DNA of 64,000 nt from an uncultured Actinomycetes bacterium (GCA_963708365.1 CAVPSM010000013.1:123345-187344), one strand, 5' to 3'; shown: positions 19,745-29,590, counted from the first letter of the stretch. Made by a program: numbers and translations. The notes: a model not told the origin generated them from the sequence alone.

Positions 19745-20254
19745 TCAGGTCGTGGCCGCGGACGCGACCTCCGTCTCCGGCGCCGGGGCAGCCTCGCCCT
19801 CGAAGAGCTCGGCGACGCTCGAGTCGATCGCCTCGGTGACGATCTGGGTGGAGCCCAGCACCTTCAGGATCTGCTCGGCCTGCGGCACCGCGTCCTGCGA
19901 GATCTCGATGACGGACGCCGATGAACCGGGCTGCATCGACTTGCCGAGCCTCTCGAGCTGGCTGTTCTTGAACCCGGAGTCGCGCAGCTTCGCGGTCAGC
20001 CCGCCGATGGTGCCGCCGGCCAGGATGCCGATCGGGCCGCCGATGATGCCGATCGCGCCGCCGAGCAGCGCGCCCCGGCCGGCGCCCCAGTCCTTCGACT
20101 CGATGAACTTCACCTTGCCGTCTTCGCGTACGACGAGGACGGCGGTGTTTCCGACCCGGTCGGGGAACGCTCCGCCCACCGAGGCCGCACCGCGCGTGCC
20201 GCCGTCGAGGGTGGTGAAGCTCGCCGCCAGGATCATGCGGGTGGAGTCGGCCAT
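19745..20254 (-). CDS. DUF1269-like membrane protein
   Basis: 169-aa ORF with a Gly-rich TM region GALLGGAIGIIGGPIGILAGGTIGGLTAKLRDSGF and ...MQPGSSASVIEI. Confidence 0.7.
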   Translation of the reverse strand: MADSTRMILAASFTTLDGGTRGAASVGGAFPDRVGNTAVLVVREDGKVKFIESKDWGAGRGALLGGAIGIIGGPIGILAGGTIGGLTAKLRDSGFKNSQLERLGKSMQPGSSASVIEISQDAVPQAEQILKVLGSTQIVTEAIDSSVAELFEGEAAPAPETEVASAATT

Positions 20255-20329
20255 TTCGCCTCCGTATTCGTTGGGAGCTCACCACCCTACCCCTGCGGAT
20301 TGAAGACGGCATTAGGATCGGAGCCGGAC

Positions 20330-21319
20330 GTGAAGATCGACGCCTTCGCACACATCTCCCCCATCCGCTACCTGGAGCGGGTCGAGGCGATCCTGGCGGC
20401 CCCGGGCGCGAGCGCCGCGGTGCGCGAGCACGGCCCGTGGCTACGCGAGGATCCGGTGCTCTACGACCTCGATGCCAGGGCGCGCACCCTGGAGCCGTTC
20501 GACGACTATCGCCAGGTGCTCGTGCTGGGAGCGCCGCCGATCGAGGAGCTGGGCGAGCCGGCCGTCACCCGCGACCTGGCCCGCTTCGCGAACGACGAGA
20601 TGGCGGCGCTCGTGCGCGACCACGACCGCTTCGTCGGCTTTGGCGCGGCGCTGGCGTTGAACGACGTGGACGCGGGCCTCGAGGAGTTGCGCCGGGCGGT
20701 GCGCGACCTCGGCGCGCTCGGCTTCCAGGTCTACTCCAACGTCAACGGCCGGCCGCTCGACGACCCTCGCTACCGGCCGCTGTTCGCCCTGGCCGAGGAG
20801 CTCGACGTCGCGATCTGGCTGCACCCGACCCGTAGCCCGGCCTGGCCGGACTACCCGGTCGAGACGGCGTCGCACCACGGCATCTGGTGGTCGATCGGCT
20901 GGCCGTTCGAGACGGCGGCGGCGATGTGCCGGCTGGTGTACTCGGGAGTCATGGAGGACCACCCGCGGCTGCGGATCCTGACCCACCACGCCGGCGCGAT
21001 GATCCCGTACTTCTCGGGCCGGTTTCGCAAGATTCAGACCGAGGACCAGCGGCCGGCGCTCGAGCGGCTGCCGCGCGAACCGCTGGAGTACTTCCGCCGC
21101 TTCTACGCCGACACGGCCCTGTTCGGCGCGCCGCACGCACTGCGCTGCACGCTCGACTTCTTCGGCCCCGATCGCGTCCTCTTCGGCACCGACATGCCGT
21201 TGGGCGGCCCCAACGTGGTGGGCGAGACGATCGCCGACGTCGACTCGCTCGCGCTCGCATCCGCCGATCTGGAGCGGGTCTACTCCGGCAACGCCCGCGA
21301 GGTGCTGCGGTGTGAATAA
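20330..21319 (+). CDS. Amidohydrolase_2 (ACMSD-like) family metal-dependent hydrolase/decarboxylase
   Basis: ORF 20300..21319. The likely start is the GTG at 20330 (VKIDAFAHISP, metal-binding HxH-like N-terminus). Also IWLHP...LTHHAGAMIPY...VLFGTDMP. The TAA stop lies inside the 31-bp repeat. Confidence 0.85.
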   Translation: MKIDAFAHISPIRYLERVEAILAAPGASAAVREHGPWLREDPVLYDLDARARTLEPFDDYRQVLVLGAPPIEELGEPAVTRDLARFANDEMAALVRDHDRFVGFGAALALNDVDAGLEELRRAVRDLGALGFQVYSNVNGRPLDDPRYRPLFALAEELDVAIWLHPTRSPAWPDYPVETASHHGIWWSIGWPFETAAAMCRLVYSGVMEDHPRLRILTHHAGAMIPYFSGRFRKIQTEDQRPALERLPREPLEYFRRFYADTALFGAPHALRCTLDFFGPDRVLFGTDMPLGGPNVVGETIADVDSLALASADLERVYSGNAREVLRCE

Positions 21320-21343
21320 AAGGGGTCTGACCCCGTTTATTCA
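21313..21343. repeat. 31-bp palindromic AT-armed element, copy 1
   Basis: TGAATAAAAGGGGTCTGACCCCGTTTATTCA. Identical to copy 3 and the reverse complement of copy 2. Confidence 0.9.
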
Positions 21344-22760
21344 GGGCGCCGTCGTCTACCAGATCTACCCCCGCTCGTTCCAGGACTCGGACGGCGACGG
21401 GATCGGCGACATCAGGGGCATCGTGCGCCGGCTGGACGAGCTTCACGCGCTCGGCGTCGACGCGCTCTGGCTCTCGCCGATGTACCCCTCGCCGCTCGCG
21501 GACGGCGGCTACGACGTGGCCGACTTCACGGGCGTCGACCGCCGCTTGGGCAGCCTCGACGACATCGGCGGAGCTGATCGCCGAGGCCCACCGGCGGGGG
21601 ATCGCGGTCCTGCTCGACCTCGTGCCCAACCACACGTCGATCGAGCACCCGTGGTTCCGCGAGCGCCCGGGCTGGTACATCTGGGCGGATGCGCCCGCAG
21701 AACAACTGGCGGGCGGCGTTCGGCGGGTCGGCGTGGACGTGCGACGAGCCCAGCGGCCGCTGGTACCTGCACTCCTTCTACCCGGAGCAGCCCGACCTCG
21801 ACTGGCGCAACCCCGAGGTCGTCGCGGCGATGCAGGACGTCGTCCGCACCTGGCTCGGGCGCGGCGTGGACGGGTTCCGCCTCGACGCGCTCGACTGCCT
21901 CGGCAAGCACCCCGACCTGCTCGACGACCCGCCGGCGACCGCGCCGCCGCCGTTCCCCGAGCCGGAGGAGGTGGCCGCGCTCGAGCGGCTCCACTCGCGC
22001 AACTGGATCCCCGACGGTGCGCCCGGCACTCGCGGCCCTGCGCGAGGCGGCCGGCGACGCGTTCCTGGTGGGCGAGGTGTACCGGCCGACGGCCGAGCTC
22101 GGGCCGTACCTCGAGTCGCTCACGTGCGCGTTCGTGTTCGAGCTGCTCTTCTCGGACTGGCGGGCTGACGCGCCTCGGCAGGGTGCTCGAGCGGGCGGGC
22201 GGCGATGGGCGGGCCGGCGTGGATGCTGTCCAACCACGACTTCGGCCGGGTCGGCTCGCGCATCGGCGAGGCCAACCTGCGCGCCGCGGCGATGCTGCTG
22301 CACACGCTGCCCGGGCCGGTGTTCCTCTACCAGGGCGACGAGATCGGCCTGCTGGACGGGCCCGGCGCCGATCCGCCGCTCGACCGCTACAGCCGCGACG
22401 GCGCACCGCCACCCGATGCAGTGGGACGCCGGCCCGCAGGGCGGGTTCACGACGGCACGCCGTGGCTCCCGGCCGTCGACCCCGGCCGAGCGCAACGTCG
22501 CCGACCAGCGCGGCGACCCCGGGTCGCTGTGGTCGCTCCACCGCGATCTGATCGTCCTGCGCCGGCAGCTCGGCGGAGGGCTGAAGCTGGTCGCAGCGGA
22601 CGCGGACGGCCGGCTCGCCTACCGCCGCGGCGACGTGCTCGTCACGCTCAACCTGGGCCCGGGGACGCTCCCGCTGCCGGACGGCGAGGTGGTCCTGCGC
22701 ACCCACTCCGGGCCGCAGCTCGGGCCGGGCGAGGGCGCGGTCGTGCGGAACCCTGGGTAG
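21340..22760 (+). pseudogene. GH13 alpha-amylase-family glycosidase (alpha-glucosidase / oligo-1,6-glucosidase-like), heavily frameshifted and lacking a start codon
   Basis: Homologous segments alternate among all three + frames: GAVVYQIYPRSFQDSDGDGIGDIRGI...LWLSPMYPSP / ELIAEAHRRGIAVLLDLVPNHTSIEHPWF / NNWRAAFGGSAWTCDEPSGRWYLHSFYPEQPDLDWRNPEV...GVDGFRLDAL / AFLVGEVY / PAWMLSNHDFGRVGSR...VFLYQGDEIGL / HPMQWDAGPQGGFT / GDPGSLWSLHRDLIVLR. I count at least 8 frame switches. The conserved N-terminus abuts repeat copy 1 with no ATG/GTG/TTG. Confidence 0.85.
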
Positions 22761-22770
22761 GCTACGAGCC

Positions 22771-23630
22771 ATGCCGTGGGACACGGGCCTGCACCAGCTC
22801 GACGCGGAGACCGACTTCCAGCGGGCGCGGCGGCGGCAGGTGCTGGCCGCGCTCTCCGGACGGCTGCGCCGCGAGCCCGACGACATCAACCTGATCCTCC
22901 CGTTCGACGAGGTCGTCCAGGCCCTCGGCCGCAGGGGCGAGCGTGCGCTCGGGCTGGAGACGATCGCGCTCTCGAGCATCGTCGGGCACGCGTCGACCGC
23001 ACCCGTGACTTCGACCGCCGCTTCCGCCCCACCTCGAACCGGCTGCGGGAGCGGTGGCAGGGGATCGACATGGCGCTTCGGCGGGGGCGGGGGATGCCGC
23101 CGATCTCGGTCTACCGCATCGGCGACCTGCACTTCGTCCGCGACGGCCACCACCGCGTCTCGGTCGCGCTCGCGCTGCGCCACTCCGTGATCGAGGCCAA
23201 CGTCACCGAGATCGAGACCGAGATCCCGGCCGACGGGATCTCCAGCCGCGGCGACCTCGTCGTCCGGGACTACCAGCGTCTGTTCCGCCAGCGCGTGCCG
23301 CTGCCCGCCGACATGGCGGCGCGCATCCGGATGAGCGACCCGTGGGACTACGCCCAGCTGTCCGAGACCGTCGAGGCATGGGCGTTCCGGCTCGTCCAGA
23401 ACGAGCGCGCGTTCCTCGACCGGCGCAAGGCCGCCCGGCGCTGGTTCGAGGAGGAGTACCTGCCGGTCGTGGGCATGCTGCACGACGCCGGCCTCGTCGG
23501 CGACGGCACGGCCGCCGAGGCCTACCTGCGCGTCGCTTGCGACCGCTACCGGCTCATCCGCACCCACGAGTGGAGCGACGAGATCGTGGCCCGCCTGCGC
23601 CCGCGCCCCCGTCGCGGCAGGCGGGCATAG
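22771..23630 (+). pseudogene. ParB/Srx-fold N-terminal-domain protein (ParB-like nuclease domain), one frameshift near 22985
   Basis: ORF 22771..23190 (MPWDTGLHQLDAETDF...IALSSIVG) continues in ORF 22776..23630 (...VDRTRDFDRRFRPTS...PPISVYRIGDLHFVRDGHHRVSVALA...). Confidence 0.7.
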
Positions 23631-23645
23631 TCCGGGGGAATCCCG

Positions 23646-23676
23646 TGAATAAACGGGGTCAGACCCCTTTTATTCA
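23646..23676. repeat. 31-bp palindromic AT-armed element, copy 2 (inverted relative to copies 1 and 3)
   Basis: TGAATAAACGGGGTCAGACCCCTTTTATTCA. It contains the TAA stop of the minus-strand ABC ATPase gene. Confidence 0.9.
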
Positions 23677-24932
23677 GCCTTGGGCTCTGGCTCCGCCGGC
23701 ACCGTCTGCTGCACCGTCGTCTCGGCCTCGGAGCCGTTCGCCTTGGCGCCCGCACCCAGCGTCAGGTTCTCGCCGCTGTCCGGGTCGAATACGTGGATCT
23801 TCTCCAGGTCGAGCCAGATCTCGAGCTCCCTGTCCTCGGCCGCCTCGCTGGCCGCGTCAAGCCGTGCGGTGATCTGCACGCCCTCCGCGCCGGCGCCCAG
23901 GTCGCCCGTGCCGGCGTCGGCGGCGAGCTCCTGCAGGTGTTCCGCCGTGGCCCGCTCGCCCTGGACGGTGAAGTAGGCGAACTTGTCCGAACCGAGCGAC
24001 TCGAGCAGGTCGATCTTGGCCTTCACGGTCGCGCCGTGGCCGCGCTTCTCGTCGCCGATCAGCGATGCGTCCTCGAAGTGCTCGGGCCGGATCCCGATGA
24101 TGACGTCGCGCTCGTTGCCGTCGAGGCCGCGGGCGCGGCCGGCCGGCAGCTTCAGCTCACCGAGCGGCGTCTGCAGGACTCCGCCGCCCTTTGCCTTCGC
24201 AGCCAGGAAGTTCATCGACGGCGAGCCGATGAAGCCCGCCACGAAGAGGTTGATCGGGGTGTCGTAGAGCACCTCGGGCCGGTCGACCTGCTGGATCTCG
24301 CCTCCGCGCATGACGGCGACGCGGTCGCCCAGCGTCATCGCCTCGACCTGGTCGTGGGTGACGTAGACCGTCGTTGTGCCGAGCCGCTTCTGCAGCCGCG
24401 ACACCTCGGTGCGCATCTGCACGCGCAGCTTGGCGTCGAGGTTCGAGAGCGGCTCGTCCATCAGGAACGCGTTCGGCGTGCGCACGATCACGCGGCCCAT
24501 CGCCACGCGCTGGCGCTGGCCGCCGGAGAGCTGCGCCGGCTTGCGGTCGAGGTGCGGGGTCAGGTCGAGGATGTCGGCCGCCCAGTCGACCCGCTCCTTG
24601 ATCTTGGCCGAGTCCTCCTTCGCCAGCTTCAGCGAGAACGCCATGTTCTCGCGCACGGTCATGTGCGGGTAGAGGGCGTAGTTCTGGAACACCATGCCGA
24701 TGTCGCGGTCGCGCGGCGTCTTCTCGTTCGCGACCTCGCCGCCGATGCGCAGCTCGCCGTCGGAGATGTCCTCGAGCCCCGCGATCATGTTCAGCGTCGT
24801 CGACTTGCCGCAGCCCGACGGGCCGACCAGGATCACGAACTCGCCGTCGGCGATCGTGAGGTTGACGTCGTTGACGGCCAGGGCGCCGTCCGGGAATCGC
24901 TTGGTGACGTGGTCGAGGACGATCTCTGCCAT
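23670..24932 (-). CDS. Carbohydrate ABC transporter ATP-binding protein (MalK/UgpC/MsiK type), intact
   Basis: 420-aa ORF with Walker A GPSGCGKST, signature LSGGQRQRV, Walker B FLMDEPLSNLD and a MalK-type C-terminal regulatory domain. Confidence 0.95.
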   Translation of the reverse strand: MAEIVLDHVTKRFPDGALAVNDVNLTIADGEFVILVGPSGCGKSTTLNMIAGLEDISDGELRIGGEVANEKTPRDRDIGMVFQNYALYPHMTVRENMAFSLKLAKEDSAKIKERVDWAADILDLTPHLDRKPAQLSGGQRQRVAMGRVIVRTPNAFLMDEPLSNLDAKLRVQMRTEVSRLQKRLGTTTVYVTHDQVEAMTLGDRVAVMRGGEIQQVDRPEVLYDTPINLFVAGFIGSPSMNFLAAKAKGGGVLQTPLGELKLPAGRARGLDGNERDVIIGIRPEHFEDASLIGDEKRGHGATVKAKIDLLESLGSDKFAYFTVQGERATAEHLQELAADAGTGDLGAGAEGVQITARLDAASEAAEDRELEIWLDLEKIHVFDPDSGENLTLGAGAKANGSEAETTVQQTVPAEPEPKAE

Positions 24933-24953
24933 GTGGCCCCTACCCTCCTTCGA

Positions 24954-25786
24954 TTAGCCCTTCACCGCCCCGGCCGTGAGGCCGGCGACGATGCGGCGCT
25001 GGAACAGCAGCACGACGACCGCGACAGGGATGGTGATGACCACGGCCGCAGCCGCGATCGACCCGGTCGGCTGCTGGAACTGCGATGCGCCCGTGAAGAA
25101 GGCGATCGCCGCCGGCACGGTGCGTGCGTTGTTGGTGGACGTGAGCGAGATGGCGAACACGAAGTCGCTCCAGCAGTACAGGAACACCAGGATCGCCGTC
25201 GTGAAGATGCCCGGCGCCGCGAGCGGCACGATGACGCTCCGGAAGGCCTGCAGGGGCGTCGCGCCGTCGAGCGCCGCGGCCCGCTCGAGATCCCATGGGA
25301 TCTCGCGGAAGAAGGCCGACAGCGTGTAGATCGCGAGCGGCAGCGAGAACGTCATGTACGGGATGATCAGCCCCGGCCAGGTGTCGAACAGGCCGATCTG
25401 GCGCCACAGGTTGAACATCGGGTTCACGAGGGCGATCGGCGGGAACATGGCGATCAGAAGCGCCGAGGCGATCAGCAGCTGCTTGCCGCCGAACTCCAGG
25501 CGGGCGATGGCGTAGGCCGCCATCGCGCCGAACGCGACGCCGAGCACCGTGGCGATCACCGCGATCCCGATCGAGTTCACGAGCGCATGGGTGAACAGCG
25601 GCTGGTTGAAGATGCCCGCGGTAGTTCTCGGTCGTCCACTTGTGCGGGTAGAAGCTGCCGTCGGTGAGCGTGCTCGGGTCCTTGAACGAGAGCGAGACAG
25701 CCACAGCACCGGGAGGCGGCGACGATCAGGACGAGAGGATGTTGGCGACGCCCCAGCCGAGCTTCTGCTCGAGGCGTGGACCTCAT
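24954..25786 (-). pseudogene. Carbohydrate ABC transporter permease (second membrane component), multiple 5' frameshifts
   Basis: The C-terminal approx. 220 aa are intact in ORF 24954..25709 (EAA-type loop [22 protein letters not shown]). The 5' 150 nt switch frame at least 3-4 times: MRSTPRAE / [10 protein letters not shown] / LVLIVAA / PVLWL / [27 protein letters not shown]. The ATG at 25786 forms an ATGA overlap with the permease-1 stop. Confidence 0.8.
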
Positions 25787-26752
25787 CCCAGGTCCTGTCC
25801 GGGCGCAGCCGCGCCGAAGCCCTTGATGAAGGTGAACGCGATCAGCGCCACCGCGATGAAGATCAGCACCGACATCGCCGAGCCCACCCCCAGGTTGAGT
25901 GCCGTGAACAGCTGGTCGTAGTTCAGGATCGAGACGGAGCGGGTGTTCTGCGATCCCTGGGTCAGGATGTAGATGTTGTCGAAGATGCGGAACGCGTCGA
26001 GCGTGCGGAAGAGCAGCGCGACCAGGATCGCCGGCTTCATCACGGGCACGATCACGCTGGATGAAGCGCTGCCAGGCGGTGGCGCCGTCGACCTTGGCCG
26101 CCCGCAGGAGCTCGTCGGGGACGAGCGAGAGGCCGGCCAGCAGGAGCAGCGCCATGAACGGCGTCGTCTTCCAGACCTCGGCCAGGATGATGATCGCGAT
26201 CGCCTGCCACTGGTGGGTCAGCGGGCCGAGTGCTGTTCGCCGAACAGCTCGGCCAGGTAGCCCGTGCCGGGCGTCCATGCGTACTGCCAGCTGAACGCGG
26301 CGACGACCGTGACGATGCCGTACGGGATGAGGACGGCGGTGCGGACGAGCCCGCGGGTGAAGAGCGTGCGGTGCATGACGAAGGCGACCGCCATGCCGAG
26401 GACGAGCTCGATCGCCACCGAGACGACCGTGATCACGACCGTCACCCCGAACGCCTGCCACCACAGGCCGGTCGACGTCAGGATCGCCGTGTAGTTGGAG
26501 AAGCCGATGAAGCTGGCGTCGGTCGGGAAGCGCAGGTCGTAGCGCTGGAACGACAGGTAGATCGCGTAGACGATCGGGTAGACGGCGACGAGCGCCATGA
26601 TCGCCACGGCGGGCGCGCACAGCATCCAGGCCAGCTTGCGCTCGGCCCGCCGGCGCTCGGTGAGCGGTCCGCTTGCGCGGCCGGCCGACGGCGACGCTCC
26701 GCGCCTGCGTCGGCGACGGCGCCCATCCTCTCGGTCCCGAACGGAGCCTCAT
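25783..26752 (-). pseudogene. Carbohydrate ABC transporter permease (first membrane component), at least 3 frameshifts
   Basis: Segments are ERRRAERKLAWMLCAPAVAIMALVAVYPIVYAIYLSF...YLAELFG (ORF 26218..26625), then THQWQAIAIIILAEVWKTTPFMALLLLAGLSLVPDELLRAAKVDGATAWQRF (frame of 25577..27274), then IVPVMKPAILVALLFRTLDAFRIFDNIYILT... (ORF 25783..26055). Confidence 0.8.
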
Positions 26753-28017
26753 GGCACCAGCCCCTTCGAGTCGATGGCGTCCTTGATCGCGGATCTCAGC
26801 GTGCCGAGCTCGCTGGCGGATCGACGGACACGGCGGCGACAGCGTGTAGGAGATCTGCAGCGACACGCTCTGGTAGGCGGGCGTCTTCGGGCGCACGCTG
26901 GCGGTCTTCAGCGTGTCGAAGATCGCCTTCCACATCGGGTAGGCCTTCTGGAACGGCGTTTCCGAGTAGATCGACTCGAGCACCGGCGGCAGGCCGCCCA
27001 GGACGGCGTTGCGGATCTCGTTCTGCGGGTTGCGCAGGCACTGGATGGCGGCGAACGCCTGTGCCTTGTGCTTCGAGAACTTGCCGACCGCGAGGTCGAT
27101 GCCGCCGATGGTCACGTGCGCGGGCTCGCCCGGCTTCACCGTCGGGTACGTCGTCCAGCGCATGTTCTTGAAGATGTCGGGCACGTCGGCCTTGGCCGAC
27201 GGGTAGACGTACGGGTAGTTCAGCTCGAAGGGGGCCACGCCCGCCTCGAACTGGAGCCGGTTCTGGTCCTCCATCTGGTTGCCGAGCGACGGATCGGCGG
27301 CCTGGGAGTGGGCCAGCGCGTGGATCGTGTCGAGCGCCTGGATGGCCGGCTTGCCGAGGACGACCTTCTTGCCGTTCGGGCTCAGGATCTGGCCACCGGC
27401 GCGAGTTCACGAGCGTGTTGAACCAGACCGTGTAGCCCTCGTACTGGGCGCCCTGGATCTCGATGTAGTGCGGCTTGCTCTGCTTGGCGAGCGCCTTCGC
27501 CATCGCGATCATCTGCTTCCACGTCTTGGGCGGGTGCGGCACCAGGTCCTTGCGGTACCAGAGCAGCTGCGTGTTCGTGTTGAACGGCGCCGAGTAGAGC
27601 TTCCCGGTCCACGTCGCGGTGTTCGACCATCGACTTAGCGTGCCCTGCTCGACCTGGCGGGCGACGTTCGCGGGCCACGGCGTGATCCAGCCGGCCGCGG
27701 CGAACTCCGGCGTCCAGGTGACGTCGAGGCCGAGGATGTCCATCGACGGAGTCGTGCGGCCGCGAGCGGCGCACCATCTGCTGGCGCTGGCCGTCGGCCG
27801 CGTTGGGCAGCGTCTGGATCTTGATCTTGTAGGCGCCCCCGAGTGCGCGGAGCACTGCTGCGGCGCTCTTCACGAAGGCGCCCGAGAACTCGGGGAAGAT
27901 GTACCAGTTCAGGGTGACGGGGCCCTTGGTGTTCCCGCTGCTGCTGCCGCACGCGGCGGCCACAGCCAGGAGGCCCATGACCCCCACCACGACGCCCAAG
28001 ACTCGACGCGTTCTCAC
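26749..28017 (-). pseudogene. Carbohydrate ABC transporter substrate-binding lipoprotein, at least 3 frameshifts
   Basis: Starts MRTRRVLGVVVGVMGLLAVAAACGSSSG (lipobox) ...TLNWYIFPEF (ORF 27382..28017). Continues as DILGLDVTWTPEFAAAGWITPW...QLLWYRKDL (ORF 26796..27743) and as EDQNRLQFEAGVAPFELNYPYVYPS...ISYTLSP (frame of 25577..27274). The tail ...IKDAIDSKGLVP ends with the stop at 26749-26751. Confidence 0.8.
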
Positions 28018-28071
28018 GGTAGGCCAATGTTCCCCGGCCCATCACCGGCGAAACATGACCGCCCCGATACA

Positions 28072-28102
28072 GGGGCCAGGCCCCGATTCGGGGCCTGGCC
28101 CC
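28072..28102. terminator. Perfect 14-bp-stem hairpin downstream of the VOC gene
   Basis: GGGGCCAGGCCCCG-ATT-CGGGGCCTGGCCCC lies between the VOC 3' end and the start of the binding-protein gene. Confidence 0.6.
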
Positions 28103-28109
28103 GGGGTTG

Positions 28110-28567
28110 TCAGGCGGGCGCGGAGAGCTCGCCATCCGCATCTGGTTGCCGGACGGATCGCGGAAGCCGGCGTCGATGCCGTACGGCTGCTCGGTCGGCT
28201 CCTGCGAGAACTCGACGCCGCGCTTGACGAGCTCCTCGTAGGCGGCCTGGCAGTCGTCGACCGAGAAGAAGAGCCCGCCGGCGGCGCCCTTGGCGACGAG
28301 CGTCTCGAGCGCGGCCTGGGTCTCGGCGTCGAAGACGGGCGGCCCCGGCACGGTCATCAGCGCGAGCGCCACGTCGTCCTGGCCGGGCAGCCCGACCGTC
28401 AGCCAGCGGAACCCGCCCATCTCGGGCAGGGTGACGTCGGAACGCACCTCCATCCCCAGCTTGTCCGTGTAGAAGGCGAGCGCCTCCTCCTGGTCGTGCA
28501 CCCAGACGTTCACGTTGGTCAGCTTTTCAGCATGGTTTCCCTCCCGTGGGATCTCGATTGAGACCAC
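28110..28567 (-). CDS. VOC-family (glyoxalase/bleomycin-resistance fold) protein; probable frameshift near the 3' end (about 28135)
   Basis: ...KLTNVNVWVHDQEEALAFYTDKLGMEVRSDV...GGLFFSVDDCQAAYEELVKRGVEF...GFRDPSGNQMR. The listed frame (ORF 27635..28567) then reads through the terminator hairpin. An adjacent frame gives ...GELSAPA followed by the stop at 28110. The start is uncertain: GTG at 28567, or an RBS-preceded but out-of-frame ATG at 28534-28532. Confidence 0.6.
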
Positions 28568-28568
28568 G

Positions 28569-29003
28569 CTACCGAGCGGTCAGCGCGGTGTCTTCTCGAA
28601 ACGTGCTGGACGGCTTCCGCGCCCAGGCCAGGGCGAGGCAGCCGGGCACGGGAACCCGGTTTGCGGCGGGGGGATGGGCGGCGCGATAAGCCGTCGGCGA
28701 GAGCCCGTAGGCGCGGCCGAAGCTGGTCGTGAACGAGCCGACGCTGCGCAGGCCGACCGCCATGCAGATGTCGGCGACCGAGTGCTCGGTGTGCCGCAGG
28801 AGCGCGGCGGCCCGCTCCAGGCGACGGGTGAGCAGGTACTGGTGCGGCGCCTCGCCGAAGGCGCGCCGGAACTCGCGGCTGAAGTGGGCCGGCGAGAGGT
28901 GGGACGCCCGCGCGAGCGCCTCCACGTCGAGGCGCTCGCGGTAGCGGGCGTCGATCAGGTCCTTGGCACGCAGCAGGTGCCGGGCCGGAGGGACGGGCCT
29001 CAT
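28569..29003 (-). CDS. AraC-family HTH transcriptional regulator (short, 144 aa)
   Basis: ATG at 29003 (ATGA overlap with the upstream stop) within ORF 28569..29606: MRPVPPARHLLRAKDLIDARYRERLDVEALARASHLSPAHFSREFRRAFGEAPHQYLLTRRLERAAALL... Confidence 0.8.
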   Translation of the reverse strand: MRPVPPARHLLRAKDLIDARYRERLDVEALARASHLSPAHFSREFRRAFGEAPHQYLLTRRLERAAALLRHTEHSVADICMAVGLRSVGSFTTSFGRAYGLSPTAYRAAHPPAANRVPVPGCLALAWARKPSSTFREDTALTAR

Positions 29004-29590
29004 GCCGCGGCGGCACCTCCCTCGGCGAGCGGCCGCAGGGTCATTACGGCGACGGCGCCGGTCGGGCGCACGTCGACCGCCTGGTAGCCGGCAGGGCTCG
29101 CGCCGTCGCGGAACAGACGCTTGCCGCTGCCGAGCACCGTCGGGTAGATCATCAGCCGATATTCGTCGACGAGGCCTGCGTCGTGCAACGCGTGGACGAG
29201 CGACGTGCTGCCGGCCACCAGGATGTTGCCGGCGAGCCTGCGCCGCAGGTCGGTCGCCCCGGCGACGGGGTCGCCGGGCAGGATCGTCGAGTTCTGCCAC
29301 TCGGCCTTCTCGAGCGTCGTTGAGACGACGTACTTGGGCATGCCGTTCATCTTCGCAGCAAAGCCCTGGTCGTCCTCGACCGACGGCCATGCCGCCGCGA
29401 AGCCCTCGTAGGTGACGCGGCCGAGCAGCATCGCCTCGGCGTCCTGGAGCTCCTCGAGCTTGTACGTGTCGCCGGCGGCGCCGCGCTCGAACCGGAACGC
29501 CCAGCCGCCCGCCGGCGAGCCCTCGGACCCGCCCGGGTCCTCCATGACGCCGTCCAGCGAGACGAACTCCGAAACCACGATCCTTCCCAT
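29000..29590 (-). CDS. Dihydrofolate-reductase-like (RibD C-terminal domain) family protein
   Basis: 196-aa ORF: MGRIVVSEFVSLDGVMEDPGG...LLGRVTYEGFAAAWP...ILVAGSTSLVHALHDAGLVDEYRLMIYPTVLGSGKRLF. Confidence 0.85.
   Translation of the reverse strand: MGRIVVSEFVSLDGVMEDPGGSEGSPAGGWAFRFERGAAGDTYKLEELQDAEAMLLGRVTYEGFAAAWPSVEDDQGFAAKMNGMPKYVVSTTLEKAEWQNSTILPGDPVAGATDLRRRLAGNILVAGSTSLVHALHDAGLVDEYRLMIYPTVLGSGKRLFRDGASPAGYQAVDVRPTGAVAVMTLRPLAEGGAAAA

Noticed and set aside
20949-23567. 872-aa minus-strand ORF spanning the amidohydrolase 3' end, GH13 and the ParB-like gene
   Set aside because: Arg/Gly/Pro-rich with no domains, and antisense to three genes or pseudogenes with clear homology. The same reasoning applies to 23793..25667 (+), 2264..3580 (+), 8097..9470 (-), 14362..15969 (-), 30479..31981 (-) and 57706..59241 (-).
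28532-28546. Strong RBS (GGGAGGG) plus an ATG on the minus strand that opens only a 4-codon ORF (MLKS-stop) at the 5' end of the VOC gene
   Set aside because: It is too short to call as a leader peptide. The more economical reading is a 1-nt deletion just after the original VOC start (ATGGCTGAAAAG to ATGCTGAAAAG), that is, another frame break. It is noted under the VOC feature rather than as a separate gene.
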